From Isurus oxyrinchus (Eukaryota): 64,000 nt of DNA. Of the stretch, positions 35,921 to 49,226 are shown piece by piece (position 1 is the stretch's first letter; every line of letters starts with the position of its first letter). Below the pieces are notes generated by a model. That model saw only the letters and a program-made list of their open reading frames with translations, had not been told where the DNA came from and did not search any database. The DNA is taken from the NCBI GenBank assembly GCA_026770705.1, contig JANJGN010000121.1, positions 868,001 through 932,000 of the forward strand, in the 5' to 3' direction. The position numbers were made by a program, and so were the translations under genes.

Positions 35921-37182
35921 NNNNNNNNNNNNNNNNNNNNNNNNNNNNNNNNNNNNNNNNNNNNNNNNNNNNNNNNNNNNNNNNNNNNNNNNNNNNNNNN
36001 NNNNNNNNNNNNNNNNNNNNNNNNNNNNNNNNNNNNNNNNNNNNNNNNNNNNNNNNNNNNNNNNNNNNNNNNNNNNNNNNNNNNNNNNNNNNNNNNNNNA
36101 CATACGCACAAACATACACAGATGCACACACACAGACAGAGATACACATAGATGCACACACAGAGACACATACACACCGATGCNNNNNNNNNNNNNNNNN
36201 NNNNNNNNNNNNNNNNNNNNNNNNNNNNNNNNNNNNNNNNNNNNNNNNNNNNNNNNNNNNNNNNNNNNNNNNNNNNNNNNNNNNNNNNNNNNNNNNNNNN
36301 NNNNNNNNNNNNNNNNNNNNNNNNNNNNNNNNNNNNNNNNNNNNNNNNNNNNNNNNNNNNNNNNNNNNNNNNNNNNNNNNNNNNNNNNNNNNNNNNNNNN
36401 NNNNNNNNNNNNNNNNNNNACTAACACAGACACACACACGCACACACACATACAGACACACACACACAGACATACGCACACACACAGACACACACACATA
36501 GACACACACAAACATCCACATCGACAAACACAAACACACACACACACAGACATATGCACACACACACACACAGATGCACTCACACAGACAGAGACACACA
36601 TAGTTGCACACACAGAGACANNNNNNNNNNNNNNNNNNNNNNNNNNNNNNNNNNNNNNNNNNNNNNNNNNNNNNNNNNNNNNNNNNNNNNNNNNNNNNNN
36701 NNNNNNNNNNNNNNNNNNNNNNNNNNNNNNNNNNNNNNNNNNNNNNNNNNNNNNNNNNNNNNNNNNNNNNNNNNNNNNNNNNNNNNNNNNNNNNNNNNNN
36801 NNNNNNNNNNNNNNNNNNNNNNNNNNNNNNNNNNNNNNNNNNNNNNNNNNNNNNNNNNNNNNNNNNNNNNNNNNNNNNNNNNNNNNNNNNNNNNNNNNNN
36901 NNNNNNNNNNNNNNNNNNNNNNNNNNNNNNNNNNNNNNNNNNNNNNNNNNNNNNNNNNNNNNNNNNNNNNNNNNNNNNNNNNNGCAGACACACAGACACA
37001 CATACAGACACACACACACAGACATACGCACACACACAGACACACACACACATCCACATCGACTAACACAGACACACACACAGGAATACGCACACACACA
37101 GACACACACACACAGAGACACAGAAACATCCACATACACAAACACAGACACATACACACACACACAGACATACGCACACACA
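35921..37182. repeat. CA-rich microsatellite region with N runs
   Basis: (CA)n-like sequence flanking three N blocks. Confidence 0.9.
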
Positions 37183-38259
37183 GTTCCTGATCTCTCAGTT
37201 CCGCACTGGATCACTCTGGATCACTGTCCTGGTTTTTGGGCTGTGTTGAAACATTCAGTTTGGACTCTCTTTAAAACCGATCTCTTTGACAAAGCTTTTG
37301 GTGAAACAAACATACGAACACAGGAATGAGGAGCAGCAGGAGGCCACTCAGCCCCTCGAGCCTGTTCCACCTTTCCATAAGGTCATGGATGATCTGATTG
37401 TAACCTCAACCCCACATTCCCTGCTCACCCTTGATGACCTTTCACCCCTTTGTGAATCAAGAACCTATCAAGCTTCACCTTATTCTCCCTGTCAAAATGG
37501 ACAATTTCATCTTTTCCCACGTTATACACTATTTGCCAGATTTTGCCCATTCACTTAAAACTCTGTGTCACTTTGTAGGCTCCTTATGTCCCCTTCACAA
37601 GGTCATCTGTCCCTAACATCACCTCAGCTGACTCAGGGTCTAGACAGGTTTTAGTCAACAGTGAACAGGCAGAAATTGGAGTTTGATTAATAACCAAATA
37701 TTTCATTGATAAAATTATCAATAATTGTTACACTGAAAAGGGTGACCTGTATTTATTGAATGATCAGATTGTCCCAAAACACTTTACAGTCAATGAGATA
37801 TATTTGAAGCAATGTCATGTTGTAATGTAGGAAATACGGCACCAAAATGTGTACAGCAAGATCCCACACAAGGTGACAGTGATCTGATAATGGATTATTT
37901 TAGTGAGGTTGGTTGATACGTATATAGACATCACATGTATAGGGTGGGTCACTAATGTCCATTTAGTGAGGAAAACCTGTCCATTTTAACAGGTCTGGGT
38001 GTATAAGTGACTCCAGTCTGTAACACCAACATGGTTAACTCTTACCTGCCCTCTGAACTGGTCTCCCAGTTTGGGACAAACCAGTGGTTCAGGAGGAAGA
38101 CTCCCCACCACCTTCTCAAGGGGAAACTAGGGATGGACAATAAATGTCAGCATTGCCCGAGAATGAGTATTTAAACACTGAGTGAGTGTATCGCTTCTCG
38201 AGATACATCGGAGCATCATTGTAAACCTGTAGTGCAGTAATTAATGGCTGTTTTTACAG

Positions 38260-38356
38260 GTAGAGACTCCAGTAAATGGACAGTAGGATTGTTCACGGCT
38301 GGGATCATGTTGAGTGTTTTCCTGGCTGGAATCTTCATCTTCATCTGTGTGAGAAA
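38260..38356 (+). CDS. Unit D uncharged TM exon
   Basis: TTTTTACAG acceptor; GRDSSKWTVGLFTAGIMLSVFLAGIFIFICVRK; phase 1 in, phase 2 out at GTAAGT. Confidence 0.8.
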
Positions 38357-38899
38357 GTAAGTGTGAAGATTTAACTTGATTTTAATATAAACATTTGCTT
38401 CAATGTTCTTTCCTGAAGTCGGTGATTGTTTCCCTTGGGATCAGCACCAGGTCCCTCTCTGTAAGTGATCCCTGTGTCCACTCTGATCCAGAGAGAACCT
38501 TTCATTGTCCTGTATCCAGGTAAATGATCACGAGACCCAGAGATTCCTCACTCTGCACGATTACTCCTGGATTGTATCAGGTCACCTTGTGATTCCACAC
38601 AAGCGGAGTGACCACACCCCGAAGATTGGTTCATTCACCGGGAACGGCTTTGCAATGTTCCAGGGACTTGAATAAGTAACTGTACATTCCCACGTTGTAT
38701 CTGCCTCTCTCTGATTTAGATTCACAGGGATGATATCAGAACTGAGAGGTTATAACCATCACAAGGATTGAACAGTCTGGGTAGTGGGACTAACTGGACA
38801 GTTTATACAAAGGGCCAGCACAGGCACGATGGGCTGAGTGGCTTCTTCCTAAGCTGCGAGATTTTAAATCCCTACATCGAATGTGGCTGTCACTGGTGA

Positions 38900-39330
38900 G
38901 GCCGCTATTAATTGCCCATCTCTAATTGCCCCTTGAGAAGGTGGGGGTGAGCTGCCTTCTTGACCCGCTGCAGTCCATGTGGTGTAGGTACACCCACAGT
39001 GCTGTTAGAGAGGGAGTTCCAGGATTTTGACCCAGCGACAGTGAAGGAACGGTGATATATTTCCAAGTCAGGATGGTGAGTGACTTGGAGGGGAACTTCC
39101 AGGTGGTGGTGTTCCCATGTGTCTGCTGCCCTTGTCCTTCTAGATGGTAGAGGTCGCGCGTTTGGAAGGTGCTGTTGAAGGAGCCTTGCTGAGTTGCTGC
39201 AGTGCATCTTGTAGATGGTACACACACTGCTTCCACTGTGTGTTCATGGTGGAGGGAGTGAATGTTTAATGTGGTGGATGGGGTGTAGATCAATCGGGCT
39301 GCTTTGTCCTGGATGGTGTCAAGCTTCTTG
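38900..39330 (-). mobile_element. Non-LTR retrotransposon 3' fragment
   Basis: SKSWNSLSNSTVG...RVKKAAHPHLL LINE-like C-terminus; same family on the + strand at 43260-43995. Confidence 0.65.
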
Positions 39331-39463
39331 ATTCTGTGCTTTGTGCAGAGGTGATTTAAAGAGACAGTCCAGTCGTTGGTGTAAGGTTACAGTGGGCTCT
39401 GTGTCTGTGCTGCACTGACTCTCTGCTATATGATAACCACAGTGTGATATTGTGTTATTTCAG

Positions 39464-39545
39464 GAGAAAGACAGCGATGGAGGAGAGAGTTTCAGGGACC
39501 AGTGACATTGCATTGACCCCCAGTCCACTCTCAGTGAATCACCAG
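39464..39545 (+). CDS. Unit D cytoplasmic exon 1
   Basis: TTTCAG acceptor; phase 2 in, phase 0 out; RKTAMEERVSGTSDIALTPSPLSVNHQ. Phases fit both neighbouring exons. Confidence 0.75.
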
Positions 39546-39680
39546 GTACAGGAGCTGTTTACACTCACTCCCAAGCTTCAATCTCAGTGTGTAGACAACA
39601 CGTGTCCCAGATTCCCAGCCCAGTTACCCACTGATTTGTACCTGTGGAGTCAGCAATGGTTCAGTATCACGCTGTCTCTC

Positions 39681-40437
39681 TGTTATGACACAGCAACTGG
39701 TAAAGGCTGTTGTTTAAAATCCCAGAGGGAAACTTTAAACAACTGTCATAACCTATATATCCCAGTGGAATGTTTGAGATGCAGCTCTAAATTCAGGAAT
39801 AAGACCACCAGTTCTCGAGATGGGTTTATATCAAACTACATGAGACATTTATTAATTTACACAAGTTAAACATATGCACATGGCTACAAACTAGTATTAT
39901 CATAACTTTTTAACAAATTCTCTAACTAATCTCCTCTAAGACAACACATAGATTTCAAGCAGATTCCAGCAAAGCATTTTCACCTCACAAATTCCAAATG
40001 AAGTTCCTTTCACTTTGGTTCCTTTGCAGACAGGTGTAGGCTTACAGCTGCTTTGATGTTACAAGCCTCTGCTCTGCACACACAAAACTGCTCAAGTTAT
40101 ACCCAGTGCTTCTCTTTGAATGTAAATTCTCATTGTATCATCAGGACCTTTGAACTCCATCTCTTCTAACAATAAATCCCCTTTCATTGTCTCAATTTTA
40201 TTAGTAATATAAATGTTGATTGGTTTAACATTTCGCCCCCAGACATTGAATGCTCTAATTAAAAATGCAAATTACCACTTTACCTCTTTGTTTACATCTG
40301 AAGACTACTAGACATCCAAGTACCCAGACTGGCTGGCTTTAGTCCAATTAAAACACACACAAACACACCCACAGACTGAACTTCTGTCTAAATAGACAAT
40401 TTCCAATTACATTACATACATTAATAGATTCATAACA
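39681..40437. mobile_element. Solo-LTR-like element (TGTTATGA...TCATAACA)
   Basis: Perfect 8-bp terminal inverted repeat; related copy at ~45683-46507. Confidence 0.6.
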
Positions 40438-40574
40438 CTCTGTCTCTGTCCCTTCATCTCTATCTCTCTCTCTAATCCTCTCTCTGATTACAAGGTTCAT
40501 ATTATTGAGCCTCACACCAGGCACCTGTGTGCAGAATCCAAGCCGTCACTCGCCAGAGCCATTACCGAGGGAGT

Positions 40575-41140
40575 GCGGGACTGACAGAGGGTCAGTACTG
40601 AGGGAGTGCTGCACTGCCGGAGTGTCAGTACTGAGAGAGTACTGCACTGCCGGAGGGTCAGTACTGAGGGAGTGCTGCACTGTCGGAGGGTCAGTACTGA
40701 GGGAGTGCTGCACTGCCGGAGGGTCAGTACTGAGGGAGCGCTGCACTGTCGGAGGGTCAGTACTGAGGAAGTGCTGCACAGTCGGAGGGTCAGTACTGAG
40801 GGAGTGCTGCACTGTCGGAGGGTCAGTACTGAGGGAGTGCTGCACTGTCGGAGGGTCAGTACTGAGGGAGCACTGCACTGTCGGAGGGTCAGTACTGAGG
40901 GAGTGCTGCACTGTCGGAGGGTCAGTACTGAGGGAGTGCTGCACTGCCGGAGAGTCAGTACTGAGGGAGCGCTGCACTGTCGGAGGGTCAGTACTGAGGA
41001 AGTGCTGCACAGTCGGAGGGTCAGTACTGAGGGAGTGCTGCACTGTCGGAGGGTCAGTACTGAGGGAGTGCTGCACAGTCGGAGGGTCAGTACTGAGGGA
41101 GCACTGCACTGTCGGAGGGTCAGTACTGAGGGAGCACTGC
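40575..41140 (-). repeat. 33-bp minisatellite, reverse orientation, very homogeneous
   Basis: Tandem AGGGAGTGCTGCACTGTCGGAGGGTCAGTACTG. Confidence 0.95.
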
Positions 41141-41290
41141 ACATGCCTTAGGTGGTTTCTTTCATAAGACATGGGAAGGACAGTTAAACCCACTGAGCCA
41201 CGACTGACACTAACGAGGCTGCAGAATAATTTAACCCTATCAGTGCCAGTAAATGATGTGAGGATGTCTTCTGTTTCCATTTCTCTGTAG

Positions 41291-41539
41291 GGTAAACAGA
41301 ACGTGCTGATTACTGAGCCCCGGAACACAACCAGAGACACAACTAGTGAGGGGGAGACCCCAGCTCCCCGGGGTCTCTCTGAAGGTGCAGTGGGAGGCGA
41401 TGCTGGACATGGAATCCCTGACAATCCTGACAACCTTCTCTACGCCAATCCCCAAGTCTTCAGGGTGTCCATTGGTGATGCGTCTGTCCACAGGGAAGAG
41501 GAGACGGAATACGCACAGATCAGATTCAAGCGAAACTGA
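41291..41539 (+). CDS. Unit D terminal cytoplasmic exon with two tyrosine motifs (LLYANP, TEYAQI)
   Basis: TTCTCTGTAG acceptor, phase 0; GKQNVL...DNLLYANPQVFRV...EEETEYAQIRFKRN*. Layout resembles the CD33 LHYASL / TEYSEV tail. Confidence 0.82.
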   Translation, partial: GKQNVLITEPRNTTRDTTSEGETPAPRGLSEGAVGGDAGHGIPDNPDNLLYANPQVFRVSIGDASVHREEETEYAQIRFKRN

Positions 41540-43259
41540 GTGTGAAACGGGGAGTGGGGGTGAGGAGGTGGGGGCAGGGATTATGATTCCTTGGAACATG
41601 ACACAACCCACTGGGGGAGAGGGGGAGAGAGGGAGGAAGGGACTGAATGGGTCTGTGGTTGGTGTGATTTGGAATGAAATGTTTCCCCAGTGATGACTTG
41701 ATGCTGAGTCATTGGAGACAGAGATTCAGTGTCTCTCTCTCTCTCTCTCACTTNNNNNNNNNNNNNNNNNNNNNNNNNNNNNNNNNNNNNNNNNNNNNNN
41801 NNNNNNNNNNNNNNNNNNNNNNNNNNNNNNNNNNNNNNNNNNNNNNNNNNNNNNNNNNNNNNNNNNNNNNNNNNNNNNNNNNNNNNNNNNNNNNNNNNNN
41901 NNNNNNNNNNNNNNNNNNNNNNNNNNNNNNNNNNNNNNNNNNNNNNNNNNNNNNNNNNNNNNNNNNNNNNNNNNNNNNNNNNNNNNNNNNNNNNNNNNNN
42001 NNNNNNNNNNNNNNNTTAACTGGCTTTGTTAACTCAGCTTTTTGTCACCTGTCCCTAATATCTCATTACGTGTCTCAGAGATGGATTTATATGTGGTTAA
42101 CAATTCACTGAAGAGTTTTGGGACAGTTTGCTACATTAAAGGCGCTATGTTAATGCAAGTTATTGTAGTATCTTGGACCTGCCTCGATTCAGAATGGAAC
42201 CACAGAGGCTCCTTCGACAGGGCGTGTGTGCAACAGGCTCGAAATAAATGCATTGCACAGCAACAACTAAGCATGTCCTTTGATGCTGATGCATCCCAGT
42301 CCTGCTGTGTGGACACATCACAACCGAGGGACTGCCTGACTGCGTGCAGCCAACATGGCCGAATAGAAATTAGCAGAAATGTGACGTCACTGAACTTTGT
42401 TAACATTTCAGAATGTGCTTTCTGAATTCTGCAACTTGTTTATTCTGTTATAGATTACAAGAAGCTTTTGCATTTTCTATAATATTACATTTATTGTCAC
42501 AAGGGATTGAAATGCCCAGACAACTCTGTACAGATATATTTTTATTAAACATCTTACTCTAGGACAACCTTCCTGCTACAATCTGTTAATTCATGTCATT
42601 GCATTTCCCCCACCAAATTATGTAAATTCCTGTGTCCTCATTTATCATGAAAATTTCCCATGTAAACATGTCACACTGTACTTACACTCTCTTGCCAGTG
42701 GTGGTGCTGTAAGCACACCAAATTCTTTCTCAGAGACTGCAGGATATCTCCCAGTTGTCTTTACAATATTATTAAAATACAGGGAATGGGGACAATCTTC
42801 ACCCTGTGTTTACGATATTGTTAAGACAGAGAGCTGGTGAAACCTCCCCCCCTCCACAGAGTTGTGGGCAGGGTCAGTTCAGGCTGTGAGACCCCCACAC
42901 TCATCCCATGCCCCTTGTTCATTTCTCCATCCCTGCTCTAACTTAGTGCTTTAACACATGAAGTGCGGGGCCCACAGGAAAGTGTGGAAGGGCTGCCCAT
43001 CGCAGCTGGAACAAGGATCCTGGCCGGTCTCCCAGGATAGAATGGCGGAGTGGGGGAGGGGAAGCAGTGGGGTCAATATCCACAGCCTCCCCAACACCCC
43101 CATCACTGTCACTACCAAGAGGGAACATCAGTCTCAAGACAAAGGCCAGAGTGTGACCAACTGAGACTGAAACCAGCATCAACCAGTGTCCCAGCAAATA
43201 AGGTCAGAGTAGGGGAGATGGGGAAAAGACAGAAAGGTTCTTAAACTGAATGCACGCAA

Positions 43260-43995
43260 GCGAGAATCTAACCATCTCCCCTTGACATTAAATGGCAGCA
43301 CCATCATTGGATCCCCCATGGTTAACAGCCTGGGGGTTACCATTGACGAGAATCTGAACTGGGTCAGCCACATAAACATTGTGGCTACAAGAGCAGCTCA
43401 GAGGCTGGGAATCCTGCGGTGAGTAACTCACCTCCTGACTCCTCAAATCCTGTCCATCATCAACATAGCACAAGGCAGGAGTGTGAATGGATTACTCTCC
43501 ACTTGCTTGGATGAGTGCAGCTCCAACAACACTCAAGAAGCTCGACACCACCCTGGACAAAACAGCCCCGCTTGATTGTCTCCCCCTCAACCACAGCAAC
43601 ACTCACTCCCTCCATCGTCAATGCACAGTGGCAGCAGTGTGTGTCCCATCTACAACATGACCTTCAGCAACTCAGCAAGGTTCCTTCAACAGCACCTTCC
43701 AATCCCACAACCTCTACCATTGAGAAGGACAAGGGCAGCAGGCATAGGGGAACACCACCACCTGGAAGTTCCCCTCCAAGCCACACATCATCCTGATTTT
43801 GAAATATATCGCCATTCCTTCACTGCCACTAGGGTCAAAATCTTGGAATTGCTCCTCTAACTGCATTGTGGGTGTACCTACACCACATGGAGTGCAGAGG
43901 TTCAGGAAGGCAGCTCACCACCACCTTCTCAAGGTAATTAGGGATGGGCCATAAATGCTGGCCTAGCCAGTGATGCCCACTTCCCATGGAAGAAT
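43260..43995 (+). mobile_element. Non-LTR retrotransposon 3' fragment
   Basis: Reverse-complement homologue of 38900-39330, longer. Confidence 0.65.
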
Positions 43996-43999
43996 GAAT

Positions 44000-46930
44000 A
44001 TATTAAACATAAATTTGGAACAAAATGAATGAAGTCATAGCACAAATAGAGATTAATGGGTACGATAAGATGGACACTGCAGAGAGTTGGTTGCAAGGTG
44101 ACCAAGGTTGGAAATTGAAAATTGAAGGATATTTGGAATCTTTGAAAGGATAGGAAAAATGAAAAGGAGGTGGGGTAGCTCTGTTAATAAAAGATGAGGC
44201 CTGTAAAGTAGTGAGAAATGATCTTGGCTCAAATGTCAAGATGCACAGTCAGTTTGGGTGAATATAAGGAATTGCAAGGGAAAGAAATCTCTGATGGGTT
44301 GGTTTATACTACCCCCTGACAGTAGTTACACTGCAGGGATAGATTATAAATCAATACATGAGGAGGTCTGTGCAAAAGGCACCACATTAATCATGGAAGT
44401 TTTCAATCGTCATATGGATTAGACAAATCAGATCAGCAAATGTAGCTTTCAGCGAGGTTATACAGATTGTATTCAGGACAGTATTTTAGAACAATCCAAC
44501 ATGGAACCAACCAGGGAAGAGGCTGTTTTAGTCCTGGCAATGTTTAATGAGACAAGACTAATTAACATCTCATTGTAAAGGACCCTCAAGGGAAGAGTAA
44601 TCATACCGTGTTGAAATTTAATATTCAGTTTAGAAACTTGGGTCTGAAACTAGTGTCATAAACTGATCTAAAGACAATTACAAGGGTTAAAAGTACAGTC
44701 GGCCCAAGTGGAGTGGGACAGCAGGTTAAAGGGGGTGTGGTGGGAGATGAAGAGTAACAGGCATCTAAAGAGATCTTTCATAAATTCCAATGAAGATATT
44801 TTCCAGTAAGAAAGAAAGAATCTGTAAAAAGGATGGAGCATCGGCGGCTAACTCAGGAAGCTAAGGACGGTATCCAATTGTGAGATAAAGCCGGCAATGT
44901 TGGGATGCTTAGTGATAGACTGGAGATTGGGAATATTTGAGAAACCAGAAAAGTGAGGGAAGAAATATCAGGAGGCAGAAATGATGATATGAGAGTAAAC
45001 TAGCAAGAACCATAAACAATGACAGTGAGATGTTGTACATTAAAATAAGAGAGAAGCTACAGTAATAATGGGACACATAGAAAATCAGACTGGGGAATTA
45101 ATAATGGGAAACAAGGAAATGACAGAGACTTTCAACAAGAATTTTGTGTCTGTCTTCACAGTAAAAATCTCTAAAACCATCCCAATAGCAGGAGAAAGTC
45201 ACGGTGCAACAAGGAGGGAGGAACATAAAACAATCACTATCACCAGAGAAAAAGTATTAAGAAAACTAATGAGACAAATGCTGACAAGTCCCATGGAGCA
45301 GACGGCCTGAATGTGAGGGTCTGAAAGGAAATGGCTGCAGAGACAGTGGATGCATTGGATGTAATCTTCCAGAATTCCTTAGATTATGGGAAGGTCCCAG
45401 CGGATTGGAAAAACATAAATGAAACATTTCTGTTCAATAAAGGGAGGAGGCAGAAAGCAAGAAACTACAGGTCAGTTAGTCTAATATCTGTCATGGGAAA
45501 ATACCAGAATTCATTATGAAGGAGGGAGCAGCCGGACATTTAGAAATCCATAATTCAATCAGACAGAGTCAACATGGGTTTGTGAAAGGGATATCATGTT
45601 TGAAAAAATAATTAGATTTCCTCGAGGATGTAACAAGTGGATTGGATAAAGGGGAACCTGTAGATGTGGTGTATTAGGGACTATGACACAGCCAAGGGTA
45701 AAGGCTGAGTTGTTCAAATCCCAGAGGGAAAATTGAAACAACTGTCGTAACCCAACGTTGATGTTTGTAATTTCGAGATGAAGACTTTGAATTCAGTAGG
45801 AATAAGATCACCGAGGATTTTGCGTTTTTTATATAAAACTAAATAAACCATTTATTAATTTAACAACAAATTTAACACATACACATTGGCTACAAATAAC
45901 TACTATAAAAACTTTTTAACAAATCCCCCAATTAATCACCCCCACGTAAATCTCTACTAAGGCAACAATGAACCATTGACATAATATAGACACCAGGCAA
46001 AGCACATTTGACATTACGAATTCCGAATGAGGTTCCTTTGCTAGTTGGTTGGAGGCTACAGGCTGGTTCGGTCTGAAATGCTCCTGCCTCACACACACAA
46101 ACTCCTTCCTTTATATAGCTAGCTTTCCCTTTGAATGTAAATTTTCCATTGTATCACTCGGTCTTCTGAACTCCAGCTCGTCGAACAATAAAACCCCCTT
46201 TCACAGCACCAATTTCATTAGTAAGTTTAAGAAAAAACACATCTTTTGGATTCTTCTAACAGGTGCAAGATTTTACCCCCAGTCTGGAATGGTTTATTCA
46301 ACAATTGCAAATGAACACTTTACTGTTCTCCTCACAATTCACCTAATTAACATCTCAAAACTACTAAACATCAAAGCACACAGACCAGCTGGCTTTAATC
46401 CAATTAAGACACACACAGACACACACCTATACATGGACCACCACTAGAATTCTATTTTAAATAATAATTTCCAAGCATATTTTACACACAAATATCTCTT
46501 CATGACACTGGATTTCCAAAAGGCTTTTGATAAGGTGCCACATCAAAGGATACGGCACAGGGTGAAATTGGATGGTGTTGGGGGGGATATATTAATACGG
46601 ATAGAGGACTGGCTAACTGACAGGAAACAGAGAGCCAGGATAAATGGGTGATTTTCAGCTTGGTAAACTGTAACTAGTGGAAAGCCACAGGGATCAGTGC
46701 TGAGGCCTCAACTATTCACAATCTACATTAGTAACTTGGATGAAGAGACTGACTGTACTGTAGGCAGATTTTCTGACTGTGTGGTGAAGATAGGTAGGAA
46801 TTATATAAGCTGGGCAAGAAAGCAAATTGTGAGGAGGACATAAGGAGACTGCAGAGGGAGAATAATAGTTTCAGTGAGGGGATAAAAAAATGAGTGGATG
46901 GAATATAAGGAATGAAAATGTCAGGGTGTC
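44000..46930 (+). mobile_element. Highly decayed CR1 LINE ORF2, interrupted by a solo-LTR-like insert (~45683-46507)
   Basis: VIFQNSLDYGKVPADWK, NYRSVSLIS; GATTTCCAAAAGGCTTTTGATAAGGTGCCA resumes after the insert. Confidence 0.8.
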
Positions 46931-47024
46931 CAGCTGATCCTACTTGTTCTGTTCTTATATTCTTATACAGACACAGGGTTTACTGACAGTGCACAGCAAA
47001 GTGCTGTTGTCTCACTTTGTTCTG

Positions 47025-47164
47025 ACTTCCTCATTTTGTCTCACAGAGACACATCAGCTCTTTCTAATTAAACACACAGAGGGAGCAGCACAGGAAGAGG
47101 TCATTCAGCCCTAGCAGAGCGTGTGGGCAGTTCCTCCCCAGGCGAGCAGTCGGACAGGTCCTGG
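47025..47164 (+). promoter_or_regulatory. Unit F putative core promoter and 5' non-coding exon
   Basis: Conserved block from ACTTCCTC to the donor GTAAGT at 47165. Confidence 0.55.
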
Positions 47165-47596
47165 GTAAGTAACGGAACGATTGGAATTCACTTCCACGAC
47201 CAACACCGTCCTTTGCTGATGTTGTGACTTTATAAAGACAGATTCCAATGATTGATGCCTTTGAAAGATTTCTACTGATTATTGAGGTCTGGGTGTGAGG
47301 CTCAAGTCTGTTGTACAGAACATCTTTCTAGCTCAAAGGACATGAGCTTGGGGCATCCTGAGGTGGTGAAAGGTACTATAGAAATGCAAGTCCTTCATTG
47401 TTTTTCTTTCTTAAAGCCTTGTAACTCTCTGCAGAGCACCTATCATCCCACAGAGAATCAAATTAGTCTGTGAAGATATTGTCTAAAAGCAGTTCTGATC
47501 TCTCAAGAGCATTCGGACAAGAGGTGAGGTCTCATTAACTCCTTTCTCTTTCAGAACTTCAGAGTTAGAAGCTGAGGAAATATCTGGGAGTGGACA

Positions 47597-47636
47597 ATGA
47601 TCGGGAAATCTTACTTCCTCCTGTCACTTCTCCAAG
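47597..47636 (+). CDS. Unit F leader exon (MIGKSYFLLSLLQ)
   Basis: ATG at 47597, 40 nt, phase-1 donor. Confidence 0.8.
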
Positions 47637-48752
47637 GTAATACCATCGTCAGCTCGGACAGATTTATGGTTAATAGTCTTTGTAAAAGATCATTCTTATT
47701 GAGCTCTGATAGGGAACTGATTCAGCAGTGATCCAGTGTACAAACTCACACCAAGTCCCATTCATCCATCACCCCTGTGCTCACTGATATACACTGACTC
47801 CCTGTCTGACAGCAGAATTGGAGGAGACCAGAGGTCTTGGAGAGTTGTAGGGGCTGGAGGAGTTTACAGGGATAGGCAGGTTTGTAGCAGCTAGAGCAGA
47901 GTCTTAAAATTCAGTTGCTGTCGGACGTTGGTCACTGAGCGATGGGGATTGATGGGTTGAGTAGAGAAGCAGAGATAAATACTGGCGGATGAAGCCTATC
48001 CTAATGCGAGGTCTCCAATAGCAATGGCCTGAAATTTTTGTTCTTTGCTGCCTGTATTCAAAATTGCCCATGAAGACAGCACAGCAGCTCCTAGAATAGA
48101 CAGGCTGTTCAGTGTCACACTTCCTGTCCATTCTCACCTTGCTAGATACTTCAATAAGGGAGCAAGATAACTGAAAGAGAGAAGGAAGGTAAAGCTGTCT
48201 GTGTGTAAAACTGTCAAATATCCTGAGTGATCATGATTGTCTCTACTCTGCTACAGAGATTATGTCACGGGACATTAGAGATGGGCAGTAAATGCTGGCC
48301 TTGGCAGCGACGCCCACATCCCATGAATGAATACATTTACAAAATCTTATTACTTGGAAGGTGCAAGTGCAGGTTGTTATGATCCTTGAGCAGACCCTCT
48401 CAGCACTGACCCTACTCCAGCAGACACTGTGAAACACACTAACAAAGCGCCTCTCGCCTGAGCTCTGCATGTGTCGGAGGTGCCGCTGTGGTGGGTTCAT
48501 GACTTTCAAAGATGGTGTTGTTTATTTGTTCAAACTGAACTTGGCCCCACACAAAACGCTGATACCAGAAACCTCTTGTTCCCTGTCCTTCTGAAATATC
48601 CGTGACTTCAGCAGGATTCTGAAGAGTTGCTGATGGAGGAACAGAAACCAATTTTTTTTGGTAATTTACAGTTAGGAACAAGTAATGTTTTGTTTCAAGG
48701 AGACGAGTTTTGAGATTTAAGACACCTGCGAAGAGAATAAAGCTACAAGATT

Positions 48753-49226
48753 CCTGTGAGGTGGAACGTCACTGAGGCCATCCGAGTTGAAGCGACTTTT
48801 GGAGAGAATTCCAAGGCAGGATGTATGAAGTTGAAGATTGGAATCCCTCATGAGAGAAACAGAGTTTCCATGGCTTTTAAACAAACAAAAATAAACTTTA
48901 CTGCACCAGGTCAGAAAGATAAAATAATTCACAATATCCACCTTATACCCTAACATTCTGGATTAATATGAGCTCATGTGAATTAACAGGCAAACTGTGG
49001 TCTCACAGCCACATTACTCATTAAATTGTAAACGCGACCAAGATAGAGCCCATGGATTTCACAACAACCCACCCGGATATCAGTGAACACTGTCAGTCAA
49101 CCAATCTCACTGAAACTCTGTTTCTCTCATGAGGGATTCCAATCTTCAACTTCGAAGATCTTGCCTTGGAATTCTCTCCAAAAGTCGCTTCAACTCAGAT
49201 GGCCTCAGTGACGTTCCACCTCACAG
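48753..49226. repeat. ~115-bp inverted repeat (48753-48868 and 49112-49226)
   Basis: The two arms are near-perfect reverse complements with a ~245-bp spacer. Confidence 0.85.

Noticed and set aside
35921-36983. A C2b exon of unit D hidden in the N blocks
   Set aside because: Two blocks are shorter than 282 nt and the third is flanked by CA repeat on both sides with no acceptor context. Unlikely, but not excluded if N lengths are arbitrary.
35795-37329. Long ORFs spanning N runs and CA repeats (also at 41674-42111 and several within 53804-62228)
   Set aside because: Artefacts of Ns and low-complexity sequence.
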